A program made the position numbers and the translations under genes. The notes beneath the pieces were generated by a model that saw only the letters and a program-made list of their open reading frames with translations, was not told the origin of the DNA and did not search any database. Positions 8,557-18,900 of a DNA stretch of 64,000 nucleotides are shown piece after piece (position 1 is the stretch's first letter; each line of letters begins with the position of its first letter). Source of the stretch: an uncultured Acidobacteriota bacterium (GTDB lineage: Bacteria > Acidobacteriota > Vicinamibacteria > Vicinamibacterales > CAVVIG01); NCBI GenBank assembly GCA_963754955.1, contig CAVWHY010000003.1, positions 13,576-77,575 of the forward strand, in the 5' to 3' direction.

Positions 8557-10140
8557 TTATCGCTCGACGTCCTTGAGAAACGCGAAGTCGACGGTGGGGA
8601 GCGGACGAATGCCCCTGAGGTCGCGCTGCGCGACGATGACGTTGGTTTTGCACCACAGGCTGATGTACGGCGCCTGCTCGGCGATGAGGCGCTGTGCGCG
8701 GTTGTAGAGCACGCGCCGCTGCGCGTCATCGGTCGAAATGGTGGCTTCGTCCAGCAGGCCATCGACGCGGGGATCGCTGAACCCGCCGCGGTTGAAGCCG
8801 ACGGGCGGCGTCTGATCCGAGTGGAACACCCTGCGAAGGATGTCGGGGTCCGCGACGGCGCCGCCGGTCCACTGAAGAAAGTACATCTGGAAGTTGCCGG
8901 CCACGACGTCGGCGAACAACGTCGCGAACTCGTACGTGCGAACCTCGAGGTCGATGCCCACGGCGCGCAGGTTCTGCTGCACCACGGCGGCCTGCAGCCG
9001 GTTGAATTCGTTGCTCGACATCTTGAGGGTCAGGTGCAGCCTTGGTGACGGACCCGCGCCGTCCGGATCGCGGTAGCCGGCTTCGTCGAGGAGCGCGCGG
9101 GCCCTGGATGGATCGTATGAAAACGAGAACGCGTCGGGATCGAAGGCCCAAGAGATCGGCGGCAGAATCCCCGTCGCTGGAATCGCCATCCCGCGGCGCA
9201 GGTACTCGATGATCGCGCGGCGATCGATCGCGTAGCCGATCGCCTGGCGGACGCGCACGTCTTTCAGCACGGCGTCACGGAGGTTGAGACCGATGTACTG
9301 GTAGTCGACACCCGGCGACTGCGTCGTGGCGAGACGGCCGTCGCGTTCGAGCTGCGCGATGATATCCGGCGGGAGGTCGTTGACGACGATGTCGGTCGTC
9401 CCCTTGCGAAGCTCGAGGCCCGCCATGATGTTGTCGGGGACGATCTTGAGCACGATGCCGTCATTCCGCGGGCGTCCGCGGAAGTAGCCGTCGTACGCAG
9501 CCAGGTCGAGCCGGTCGTCGACCGCGTACCAGACGAACCGGTACGGCCCCGTGCCGACCGGGTGCTCGCGCAGCGATCGGCTGGCGCCGGCGGGCACGAT
9601 TTGCGGCAGCACCAGCGCGACGGGGAACGAACCGAACGGCTCCCTCAACCTGAAGACGACCGTGTAGCGATCGGACGCATCGATCGACTGGAGCAGCTGA
9701 AACGCGCCCTTGTGCGGCGTCACGAAGTCCGGCTCGAGGAGGCTGCGGAACGTGTACACGACGTCAGCCGACGTCAGCTCGTGACCATCGTGAAAGCGGA
9801 CGCCCCGGCGCAGTGTCACCACGTACGTGGTCGGCTCAGGGTTGTCGAGGCGCTCGGCGAGATCGGGAACCGCGCGCAGTTGCTCGTCGAACGTCATCAG
9901 GCCGTTGTAGATCAGCTGCGCCGCCTTCTGCGACACATCGTCCGCGGCGACGCGCGGATCGAGGTCGTTCGGGGCGCTGGCGACCGCGACGACGAGGACG
10001 TGCGGATTGACGACCGGGCGATGCAGGCACGCCGCCGAAGCGATCAGGACGGTCAGGACAGCCAGGAGTGCCGCGCGAGTCGGGCGGGCCGGGCAGGGCG
10101 GGCGGTGAGGGCGCGGCGGGCAGGGCGCGCCGGCCGTCAT
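8557..10140 (-). CDS. ABC transporter substrate-binding protein, family 5 (peptide/nickel type)
   Basis: 527 aa with a signal peptide and SBP_bac_5-like sequence throughout. No permease or ATPase genes adjacent. Confidence 0.8.
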   Translation of the reverse strand: MTAGAPCPPRPHRPPCPARPTRAALLAVLTVLIASAACLHRPVVNPHVLVVAVASAPNDLDPRVAADDVSQKAAQLIYNGLMTFDEQLRAVPDLAERLDNPEPTTYVVTLRRGVRFHDGHELTSADVVYTFRSLLEPDFVTPHKGAFQLLQSIDASDRYTVVFRLREPFGSFPVALVLPQIVPAGASRSLREHPVGTGPYRFVWYAVDDRLDLAAYDGYFRGRPRNDGIVLKIVPDNIMAGLELRKGTTDIVVNDLPPDIIAQLERDGRLATTQSPGVDYQYIGLNLRDAVLKDVRVRQAIGYAIDRRAIIEYLRRGMAIPATGILPPISWAFDPDAFSFSYDPSRARALLDEAGYRDPDGAGPSPRLHLTLKMSSNEFNRLQAAVVQQNLRAVGIDLEVRTYEFATLFADVVAGNFQMYFLQWTGGAVADPDILRRVFHSDQTPPVGFNRGGFSDPRVDGLLDEATISTDDAQRRVLYNRAQRLIAEQAPYISLWCKTNVIVAQRDLRGIRPLPTVDFAFLKDVER

Positions 10141-12765
10141 GCCTGTTTCTTGAGGTCAGCCAGCAGGCGCAGCGCTTCGAGCGGTGTGATGCGGTCGACG
10201 TCCACGGCGTCGAGGGCGGCGCGCAGGCGATCGTCGGCCGTTGCCGGCGGCTGGAACAGCCCGAGCTGCCGCTGGGGATCCGATGGCGTACCGGTCATCG
10301 ACGGCCGCCCGCCGCGTGCGAGCTCGTCGTGCTCGAGCGCGCCGAGGATCTCGCGCGCGCGATCGATCACCGGCGCCGGCAGGCCCGCGAGCCGCGCGAC
10401 CTGGATGCCGTAGCTGCGGTCGGCGCGGCCTGGAACGATCTTGCGCAGGAAGATGATGTCGTCTTTCCACTCGCGCGCGGCCACGTGGAAATTGACGACG
10501 CCGGGCGTGGCGTCCGCGAGGTCCGTGAGCTCGTGGTAGTGCGTGGCAAAGAGCGTCTTCGGCCGCATGCGGGGGTTGGTGGCCAGGTGCTCGGCGACGG
10601 CCCACGCGATGCTCAGGCCATCGAAGGTCGAGGTGCCGCGGCCGATCTCGTCGAGGACCACGAGGCTCTTCGACGTCGCCGTGTGCAGGATGCTCGCGGT
10701 CTCCTGCATCTCGACCATGAACGTGGACTGCCCACGGGCGATGTTGTCGGACGCGCCGACGCGCGCGAAGATGCGGTCCACGAGCGGGATCTTGGCTTCG
10801 CGGGCGGGCACGAACGATCCGGCCTGGGCCATGATGCACAGCAGCGCCACCTGCCTGAGATATGTGGACTTGCCGCCCATGTTCGGACCGGTCAGGATCA
10901 CGAGCTGGCAGGCGCGGCCATCGAGCGTGACATCGTTCGGCACGAACGCGCCGCCGGCCATGACTCGCCGCTCGACCACCGGGTGGCGGCCGTCGAGCAC
11001 GGTCAGCTCGTCGCCGTCATGGATGTGCGGCTTGATGTAGTTGTTGACCGCCGCGACCTCGGCCAGCGCGGAGAGGACGTCCAGCGTGGCGAGCGCCCGC
11101 GCCGACGCCTGAATCCGTGGCGCTTCGGCGGCGACGCTGCGCCGCAGAACGTCCAGGACTTCGAGCTCGCGCTCGACGATCCGCTCGTCCGCGCCGAGCA
11201 CCTTCTCTTCATATTCCTTCAGGGCGGGGGTGATGAACCGCTCGCCGCCGGCGATGGTCTGCTTGCGGTGATAGTCCGTTGGCACGGCGTGCAGGTTCGA
11301 CTTCGAGATCTCGATGTAGTAGCCGAACACGCGGTTGAACCGGACTTTCAGGGACGAAATCCCGGTGCGCGCGCGTTCCCGCTCTTCCATTTCCGCGATG
11401 ACCTGCTTGCCCGAGCGGCTGATCCGCCGCAAATCGTCGATTTCCGGATCCCTGCCGTCGCGCGTGAAACCGCCTTCGCGCGCCAGAGCGGGAGGTTCAT
11501 CGACCAGGGTCCGCTCGATGTCGTCCCGGATGTCGGCGAGGTCGTCGAGCTCGGCGAGCAGCGACTGGACCAGCGGAGCCCGGAGGCCGGACAACACCGC
11601 GCGGACGCGGGGGATGACCGCCACCGACTGCCGGAGTCCCACCAGATCGCGAGGGCCTGCGGTGCCCAGCGCGGCCCGCGCCAGCAGCCGCTGGAGATCC
11701 TGCACGCCCTTGATCGCGTCGCGAAACTTGCCGCGGTCCGTCGTGAGAAACGCGAGCTCTTCGACGGCGTCGAGCCGATCGCGGATCGGCTCGAGCGTGA
11801 CGAGTGGGCGGAGGAGCCACGAGCGTAGCAGGCGGCTGCCGATCGAGGTCACCGTGCGATCGATCTCGTCCAGCAGCGAGCCCTGCCGATCCCCGTCCGG
11901 CCCCCTCGATGATCTCCAGATGCTCGAGCGTGGTCGGATCGACGAGCAGCGCGTCCGCACGCGGGCGGTAGGCGAGGGCGCGCACGTGCGCGAGGTCGAC
12001 CTTCTGCGTGCTCCGCAGATGGTTGACGAGCGCGCCGGCCGCCGAGACCGCGGCCAGGTGCCCATCGAGGCCGAACCCTTCCAGGCCGCCGGCCCGCAGC
12101 TGCGTCAGCAGGCAGCGGCGCGCTGATTCCGCCTCGAACATCCATTCGTCGATGCGGGTGATCGGGATGCCGTCTGTCACGATTGGTGCGGGCAGGGTGG
12201 CGCCCGACGCCACCACGAGCTCCCGCGGCTTGAGCACCGCGATTTCGTCGGCCAGCGCCTGCAGGCCGTCGGGGCCTTCGTACTCGGCCGCGCTGAACTC
12301 GCCCGTGGACAGATCGAGCAGCGCGACGCCGATCCTGGCGATGCGGGCGACGGGCCCGTGCTCTGGTGCGATCGCCATCAGGAACGCGGGCTCGCGCGCA
12401 TCCAGGAAACCGGCATCCGTGAACGTGCCGGGCGAGACGACGCGGACAACCTCGCGCTTGACGAGGCCCTTGGCCTTCCGGGCGTCTTCGACCTGATCGC
12501 AGATCGCGACCCGGAAGCCCTTTTTCACCAGGCGCGCGATGTACGTGTCTACGGCGTGGTAGGGGACGCCGCACATCGGGATGCCCCCGCCGTTGGCGTC
12601 CTTCGAACGCGACGTCAGCGTGATCTCGAGGGCACGCGAGGCCACGAGCGCGTCCTCATAGAACGTCTCGTAGAAATCCCCCATGCGGAACAGCAGGATC
12701 GAATCGCGGTACTGCTCCTTGGCGTCCAGATACTGCCGCATCGCCGGAGTCGCCGACGCTGACAT
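10137..12765 (-). CDS. mutS: DNA mismatch repair protein MutS, reading frame broken once as sequenced
   Basis: The N-terminal part (MSASATPAMRQYLDAKEQYRDSILLFRMGDFYETF...) is in the frame of ORF 11497..14076. The C-terminal part (GSLLDEIDRTVTSIGSRLL..., Walker A GPNMGGKST, C-terminal HTH) is ORF 10137..12065. The span is 2629 nt = 3n+1. The switch maps to a C5 run at 11901-11905. Confidence 0.9.
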
Positions 12766-12783
12766 ATGCTTAAAGTCTATCGC

Positions 12784-13962
12784 ATGCGTGTGCTGGCCCT
12801 GGACACCACCGGGCGCGCTGGAAGCGTGGCGCTCGTCGACGACGGACAGATCGTGCGCGAGCACGCAGGCGACGCGTCGCGCACGCACGGCGAGCGGCTG
12901 CCGGGCGAGCTCGCGGCACTCGGCGCGCCGTTTGCCTCGGTGGACGTGTTCGCCGTCGCCAGCGGACCCGGATCGTTCACGGGCCTGCGGATTGGCATTG
13001 CGACGATGCAGGGGCTCGCGCTGGTGCACAGGCGGCCGATCGCCGCCGTCTCGGCGCTCGAAGCGCACGCGCAGCTGGCCAGCCGATCGGCCGGCGCCGG
13101 GGCGCTCGTCGCCTGCTGGATCGACGCGCAGCGCGGCGAGGTGTTCTCCGCGCTCTACCGCGTCGCCGAGGCGCCGCTGTTCACGCCCGAACGGCTGGTC
13201 GAGCTCCAGGGGCCGGCCGTCGCCGATCCGTCGCGCACGCTGGAGGAATGGGCCGCCTATCCGGTCCAGTCTGCGATTTTCGCCGGCGACGGCGCCGTGC
13301 GCTACGAGAGCGTGCTGCCCGTCGGAACCTCGGATGCCAGGCGGCTGTCCGCGCCGATACCGATCGCGGGCGCAGTCGGCTGCATGGCGGCCGTGCGCGC
13401 GGCGAGAGGGCTGGTGGTACCGCCGGAATCGGTCACGGCGCTGTACGTCCGCAGGCCGGATGCGGAACTGCACCGCGGATCGGTCCGCGCAACGTTGAGC
13501 CCAATGGCGAGCTGCATCATCGAGCCCCTGTCGTCCCCGTCGGAAATCGACGAGATCCTCGCGGTCGAGCAGGCATCGTTCTCGAGCCCGTGGACCCGCG
13601 AGATGTACCTCTCGGAGCTCAAGAACACCGGCGTGTCCTACTTCTACCTCGCGAGGAACGCCGCGCGCGAGACCATCGGTTTCTGTTCCTTCTGGCACGT
13701 GCTCGAGGAGCTGCACATCAACAATCTCGCCGTGCTGCCCGCGTACCGCCGGAACCGAATCGGCGCGGACCTGCTGCGTCGCGTCCTCGCTGACGGCGCA
13801 CGGCTCGGCGCGCACCGCGCGACGCTCGAAGTCCGGCGTTCGAACGAGCCCGCCCAGAAGCTGTACGAGAAATTCGGGTTCACGATCGCCGGCGTGCGGC
13901 GTCTGTACTACAGTAATCCGCCGGAAGACGCGCTCGTGTTGTGGCGTGACGGATTGCCGTAG
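12784..13962 (+). CDS. tsaB: TsaB (tRNA t6A37 protein) and RimI (ribosomal-protein-alanine N-acetyltransferase) in one ORF
   Basis: Part of ORF 12766..13962. The N-half reads MRVLALDTTGRAGSVALV...GPGSFTGLRIG (TsaB/YeaZ). The C-half reads IIEPLSSPSEIDEILAVEQASFSSPW...LAVLPAYRRNRIGADLL...LEVRRSNEPAQKLYEKFGF (GNAT RimI). No stop between them. Confidence 0.8.
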   Translation: MRVLALDTTGRAGSVALVDDGQIVREHAGDASRTHGERLPGELAALGAPFASVDVFAVASGPGSFTGLRIGIATMQGLALVHRRPIAAVSALEAHAQLASRSAGAGALVACWIDAQRGEVFSALYRVAEAPLFTPERLVELQGPAVADPSRTLEEWAAYPVQSAIFAGDGAVRYESVLPVGTSDARRLSAPIPIAGAVGCMAAVRAARGLVVPPESVTALYVRRPDAELHRGSVRATLSPMASCIIEPLSSPSEIDEILAVEQASFSSPWTREMYLSELKNTGVSYFYLARNAARETIGFCSFWHVLEELHINNLAVLPAYRRNRIGADLLRRVLADGARLGAHRATLEVRRSNEPAQKLYEKFGFTIAGVRRLYYSNPPEDALVLWRDGLP

Positions 13963-13966
13963 CTTG

Positions 13967-13983
13967 CAAGGCCTCTGGCCTTG
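13967..13983 (+). terminator. possible intrinsic terminator after tsaB-rimI
   Basis: CAAGGCC-TCT-GGCCTTG hairpin 5 nt after the stop, followed by TGTGTT. Confidence 0.45.
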
Positions 13984-14060
13984 TGTTACGTTCCGGTCAT
14001 CATGCAGCCGCACGGTCCGATTCGAGCGTTTCGTCCTCAAGCGAATAAAGGAGGCCGGGC

Positions 14061-14285
14061 ATGAATGAGCAGTCACAGCATACGGACGAGGAGTACCACG
14101 ATCTCGCCGCCAAGCACCACGAGCTCGATGAACGCCTCAGCCAGTTGACCGCCAAGCACTACCTCTCCGAACCCGAACAACTCGAAGAAGCCACCCTCAA
14201 GAAGCGGAAGCTCCTGCTCAAAGATCGCATGGAAGACCTTCGCCGGCGCCGATCAGACGCCCCTTCCCAGCCGCACGTCAGCTGA
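14061..14285 (+). CDS. DUF465 (YdcH-like) small coiled-coil protein
   Basis: 74 aa: HDLAAKHHELDERLSQLTAKHYLSEPEQLEEATLKKRKLLLKDRMEDL, the typical DUF465 pattern. AGGAGG lies upstream. Confidence 0.7.
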   Translation: MNEQSQHTDEEYHDLAAKHHELDERLSQLTAKHYLSEPEQLEEATLKKRKLLLKDRMEDLRRRRSDAPSQPHVS

Positions 14286-14357
14286 GGCGACTGACATTCG
14301 GCGGCGCACTCGGCTGAGGCGCTTCGACGCTTCTGCCGGCGCGCCGCCTTCCTTAAC

Positions 14358-15005
14358 TTGCGCATCGATTCCGCGGGTTTCCCCTTCATCAGTGGCGCGC
14401 TGGCGCTGGCCGTGCTGGCCGGCGCAGTCGGCGGGTGGCTGCCTGCCGCGCCCCTCGTGCTGCTCGCGCTGTTTTTCGCGTTCTTCTTTCGCGATCCGGA
14501 ACGGCGCGTGCCGGCCGCCGCATCCGACAACGACGTGCTGTCTCCGGCCGACGGGGAAGTGCTCGTCGCGGGCGAGGCCATGCCTGAGGCCGCACCGCCG
14601 GGTTTCGTCCGGACGTGGCGCCAGGTCAGCATCTTCCTGTCGCCGATGGATGTGCACGTGAACCGCGTGCCCGCGTCGGGCCGCGTGACGCGCGTGCTGC
14701 TGACGCGGGGCCGCTTCCTGCCCGCATATCGACGCGAAGCGGCCACGGTGAACGAGCGCAGCGAAATCTGGATCGACCATCACGGACAGCACGTCGTGGC
14801 GCGTCAGATCGTCGGCATCCTCGCGCGTCGCGTCGTGTGCCGCCTCCAGGAAGGAGCCAGCGTGAAGGCTGGCGATCGGTTGGGCATCATGAAATTCGGA
14901 TCGCGCATGGATGTGTTCGTGCCGGCAAATGCGACGATTACCGTGAAAGTCGGCGACAAGGTGCGCGGGGGCGAAACCGTCATCGCGGTGCTACACTCCA
15001 GGTAG
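14358..15005 (+). CDS. psd: phosphatidylserine decarboxylase (short, Psd/Asd-type proenzyme)
   Basis: 215 aa with an N-terminal TM, then SPADGEV, IFLSPMDVHVNR and a GIMKFGSRMD cleavage-site-like G-S motif. Confidence 0.85.
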   Translation: MRIDSAGFPFISGALALAVLAGAVGGWLPAAPLVLLALFFAFFFRDPERRVPAAASDNDVLSPADGEVLVAGEAMPEAAPPGFVRTWRQVSIFLSPMDVHVNRVPASGRVTRVLLTRGRFLPAYRREAATVNERSEIWIDHHGQHVVARQIVGILARRVVCRLQEGASVKAGDRLGIMKFGSRMDVFVPANATITVKVGDKVRGGETVIAVLHSR

Positions 15006-15007
15006 CA

Positions 15008-15793
15008 GTGCTGACACAGCCCCAGGGACGCGGACGCGTCCGCTTCTTCCGCCGAGCCGAGGACCGGCCGCGCCAGCGTGTCAGGCGCGGCGTGTACCTG
15101 CTGCCCAGTCTGATGACCATGGGCAACATGTTCTGCGGCTACGCGTGCGTCGTGTACGCGGCCCGCGGCGAGTTCGAAACCGCCGCGCCATTCATCGGCT
15201 TCGCTATCGTCCTCGACATGCTCGATGGCCGCATCGCGAGGCTGACCGGCACGACCAGCGAATTTGGAGTCGAGTTCGACTCGCTGGCCGACATCATTTC
15301 CTTCGGCATCGCGCCAGCGATCCTCGCCTTCTCGTGGGGATTGAACTCCCTCGGACGCCTCGGCTGGGCGGCGGGGTTCCTGTTTGTCGCCGCGGCCGCG
15401 ATGCGCCTGGCGCGCTTCAACATCCAGTCGGCGGCGGGCGGCGACAAGCGCTACTTCGTCGGCATGCCGAGCCCGGCCGCTGCCGCGATTCCTGCGGCGA
15501 CCGTCTACGCGTACCCGTGGGGCCTGCTCGACTATCGCGCCGCGCTGCCCGCGCTCGCGATGGTTCTCGTGCCGGCGCTGCTGATGGTGAGCACGATTCG
15601 CTTTCGCAGCTTCAAGACGATCGATCTGCACGTGCGGCGGTCGTACACCATCCTCATCGTCATTGCGGCGGCGCTGGTCCTCATCACGACCCATCCCCGT
15701 TTCGTTCTCGTGGGGATGGCGTACGCGTACCTGGCCTCGCCCTTCGCCGGGATGCTGTTCACACGGCTGCGCTCGCATCCTCCCGCGGCGTGA
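15008..15793 (+). CDS. pssA: CDP-diacylglycerol--serine O-phosphatidyltransferase
   Basis: In-frame part of ORF 14615..15793, starting at GTG 15008 (3 nt after the psd stop). CDP-alcohol phosphatransferase motif: DMLDGRIARLTGTTSEFGVEFDSLAD. Confidence 0.85.
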   Translation: MLTQPQGRGRVRFFRRAEDRPRQRVRRGVYLLPSLMTMGNMFCGYACVVYAARGEFETAAPFIGFAIVLDMLDGRIARLTGTTSEFGVEFDSLADIISFGIAPAILAFSWGLNSLGRLGWAAGFLFVAAAAMRLARFNIQSAAGGDKRYFVGMPSPAAAAIPAATVYAYPWGLLDYRAALPALAMVLVPALLMVSTIRFRSFKTIDLHVRRSYTILIVIAAALVLITTHPRFVLVGMAYAYLASPFAGMLFTRLRSHPPAA

Positions 15794-15916
15794 ATCTGGT
15801 CATTTGATCATCTGGTCATCTAGTCATTGCTGGTCATCGAGCAGCAATGACCAAATGCAATGCCCCAAATGACCAACTGACTAAATGACTAAATGACCAG
15901 ATGACCAGATGAGATG
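15794..15916. repeat. period-8 tandem-unit palindrome (CTGGTCAT / ATGACCAG units)
   Basis: Left arm: CTGGTCAT TTGATCAT CTGGTCAT CTAGTCAT TGCTGGTCAT. Centre: perfect 9-bp stem TCATTGCTG (15824-15832) / CAGCAATGA (15842-15850). Right arm: ATGACCAA ... ATGACTAA ATGACTAA ATGACCAG ATGACCAG. It fills the convergent pssA / kinase spacer and encodes the last kinase codons. Confidence 0.75.
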
Positions 15917-18900
15917 GGCACCGTGATCGTCACCGTGGTGCCCACGCCCCGAGTGCTCTTCAGGCTGATCGTTCCATTTATCAATTCGATATTGCGCTTC
16001 GCGATGGTCAGGCCGAGCCCTGTGCCGGTGGCTTTGGTGGAGAAGTACGGCTCGAACATCCGCGCGAGCGCGTCGGGATCCATGCCGACGCCGGTGTCGG
16101 TGAGATCGAGCGGCAATCACCGGCGGCCGCGCCTCGGCACGGATCGTGAGCCGGCCGCGGCCCGGCATGGCGTGCAGGGCGTTTTCAATCACGTTCGTGA
16201 TCGCGCGCGCGAAAAGCGTGCGGTCGATTTGCGCCTCCGGAAGATCGTCTGGCACAAACACGTCGATGGCGATGCGCCCGTTCGAGCCCTGTGCGGTAAG
16301 GCGTAACCACTTCGTCGATGATCGCCGCGAGCGCCGTGGGCTCCGGCCGTGCGGTGGGAGACGACGCGAAGCTCGAGAACTCGGACGAGATCTGGCGCAG
16401 CAGCGACACCTGCGTGAGAATTGCGTGCACGCAGTCGTCGAGCACCGGCGACAGGGGCCGTCCTCGGTCCACGTTGACACGCTGGGCGTGCTCGGCGGAC
16501 AACTGGATCGGCGTCAGCGGGTTCTTGATGTCGTGGGCGACCTGCCGGGCCATGTCCGCCCATGCCTCGAGGCGCTGCGTGCGCTCGAGGTCCGCGCGCT
16601 GCCGCTTGAGGTCGTCCGCCATCCGGTTGAAATCCTCGACGAGGCGGCCGAGCTCGTCGGCTGAGGCCACGGCGAGGTGCGCGTCCAGATCTCCCCGCGC
16701 GATACGGCGCGTCGCGTGGCTCAGCCGGTTGATGGGATCCGCGATTCGCTCGGCCATCCAGTAGCCGATGCCGGCGCCGAGCAGGCTGAAGAGAACCGCA
16801 CCGAAGATGACCTGCCGATCGAGTGCGTCGATCTGCCGCTCGATCTCGAGCTTCCGGAGCGGCAGGGGCACGGTCACGATTCCCTCGCGTCCGCCGGCGC
16901 GGATCGGGGCGGCAGCCTCCATGTACGTCGAGTCGGCCAGCTGTTCGACGCTCACGAACGTCGGCAGCCGTTCGAGCACGATGCGGCGGTACACCGCGCT
17001 GGGCGTCCGGGGCGACAGCAGACGCGAGGCGAACAGATCGCGCTGGCTCGTCGCTTCGAGGCTGGATCGCTCGAACAGGTTCACATCCTGATCGATGGCG
17101 CGGCTGACCAGCACCATGATCTGATCGTCAATCGACGTGGGCCCGGCCGGCCCGAGCACGCGTCGCGTAGTCTTCGACGAGCCGCTGTGCCACCGTCGCG
17201 GTCCGGGCGGCGGCGTCTTCGACGCCGGCGCGAGCCTGCGCGGCGAAGTAGGTGCGCACGGCAAACGCGAGGATCGCAACGGGCACCACCGCGCCCGCGA
17301 CGTACGCGAGGAACAGCTTCCGGTAGAAGCTGGAGCGGAACTCGCGGAGCAGCTCGCGGCCGCTCGCCGGATGGATGGCGGCCACCAGCGCGAACAGCGC
17401 GGCGCCCGCGACCAGCACCACGTACAACGCGCCGGCCAGCACGATGAGCTCCGCGAGGCTCACGAGATGCCCGAACCAGGTCAGCGCCGGGTACCCGAGG
17501 GCGTAGATGCCGCCGCGATCGCTCGCGAGGTAGACGCGGAAGCGTTCGTCATCGCGCGACAGCGTCGTCCAGAATCCCTGGCGCGACGCCACGGCGCGCG
17601 CGAACGCTTCGTCAGGCAGCGGCCAGATGCCGGTTCCCGACACGTACGTGGGCGCGCGGCTCCAGCCGTAGCCGACGAATTCGACGTCGTTGCCCTGCAG
17701 CCCCTCGGCGGCAGTGCCGCTGTCCGGCCGCAGTGGCTCGAGATACGGGTTCTGGGACGAGAAGAACGGAAGCGCCCGGTAATCGAGCATCGTGCGCACG
17801 ACGATCGCACCGCGCACGACGCCGTGGTCGCAGATGCCGCGGCCGGCCTGCGGGACGTGACGCTCCAGAGAGCCGAAGGGCAGCACCTCCTCGAAGACCT
17901 CCCAGTTGCAGCTCGCCGTCTCGTGACGGCGGGTGGTGGGTTCGGGCAGCAGGGAGAAGCGGCTGACCAGATCGCCCTGGCTGTTGTACAGCTCGACGGA
18001 GGACGTGAGACGGTAGGTCGCAAGCGCGGTTCTCGACCAGACCGCGAACGCGCGGTCGATCGTGGGCGTCGCGGGGGACAGGCCCGAGACGTAGTCGGCG
18101 AGATTGGGGAGCGCGTCGATCTGTTCGAGTGCCTGATAGAGGCGATCCTGGAGATCCTTGCGCTGACTGGTCACCTGTGGCGTGTACGTGGATGCGATCA
18201 GCCGTTCCTTCGCCGCCGTCGCGAGAAAGAAGAGCGACGGATACATCGCGAGCGCCGGCACGGCCAGCGCGGCGAAGAGCGCCACGAGCCGCGCCGCCTG
18301 GGAACTGCGCCGGGAGCGGCGCGACACCCGTTCGAACGCCGCGGTACACAGGCCGCACGCTGCGAGCGCGATGATCCACGGAGCGAGCGGAATCGATTCG
18401 ACGTACGCGTGAATCGCAATGACGGCAAGAGCGGCGCCGGCGAGCCATCCGCATATCGCCGTCGCCCGAAGGTCCCAGCGCCGGGGGCGCCGCCAGAACA
18501 CGCCCGGCGCGTGGGCGACCATCGCGACGCCCCAGAGAACGGCGGCGTGCAGCAGCACGAGACCGAAACCGACCGACAGCCCGCGCACGCTGAACGGATG
18601 CAGCGAGAAATGGACGACGTCGATGTTTGTCCGGGCGACGACCTCCTGCAGGAACCGTTCGTATCCGGCCAGGGCCGCCGCGGCGATGGCGCCGGCGACG
18701 ACGTACACCGCCGCAATGCGCCAGTCGCCGATGCGCCTGCGGATTCCGGCGCAGCCAGAGCCGCGGACGCGGACGGGCGAAGCGCCGCCGGACGAGCGAG
18801 TCGGCGGCAAGTCCGACGAAGGCGGCGGCTGTCAGGGCCCCCAGCAGCACATAGGCTGACGAGCCAAACGGTTGAGGGCCCGCCACCGACGAAACGATCC

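Noticed and set aside
10482-10491. CACGTGGAAA, resembling half of a parS palindrome, inside mutS.
   Set aside because: The left half does not match TGTTTC, so there is no palindrome. Other CACGTG hits (about 31888, about 55725, about 51880) also lack the flanks.
13691-13700. TGGCAC sigma-54 -24-like hits (also about 16249, 36706, 44711), given that rpoN is in the window.
   Set aside because: All lie inside coding regions and lack a TTGC -12 element at the right spacing.
12766-14076. Upstream extensions of ORF 11497..14076 (beyond the mutS ATG at 12765) and of ORF 20845..23571 (beyond GTG 22083).
   Set aside because: The extensions run antisense through tsaB/rimI and guaA and translate to Arg/His-rich nonsense. 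Recognisable protein sequence begins only at the internal starts.
15794-15916. The tandem-unit arrays (also 23680, 40170, 47584, 49520, 62358) as CRISPR arrays or minisatellite coding repeats.
   Set aside because: The units are 6-8 nt with no unique spacers of about 30 nt, and no cas genes are present. Three of the arrays are palindromic, which CRISPR arrays are not.
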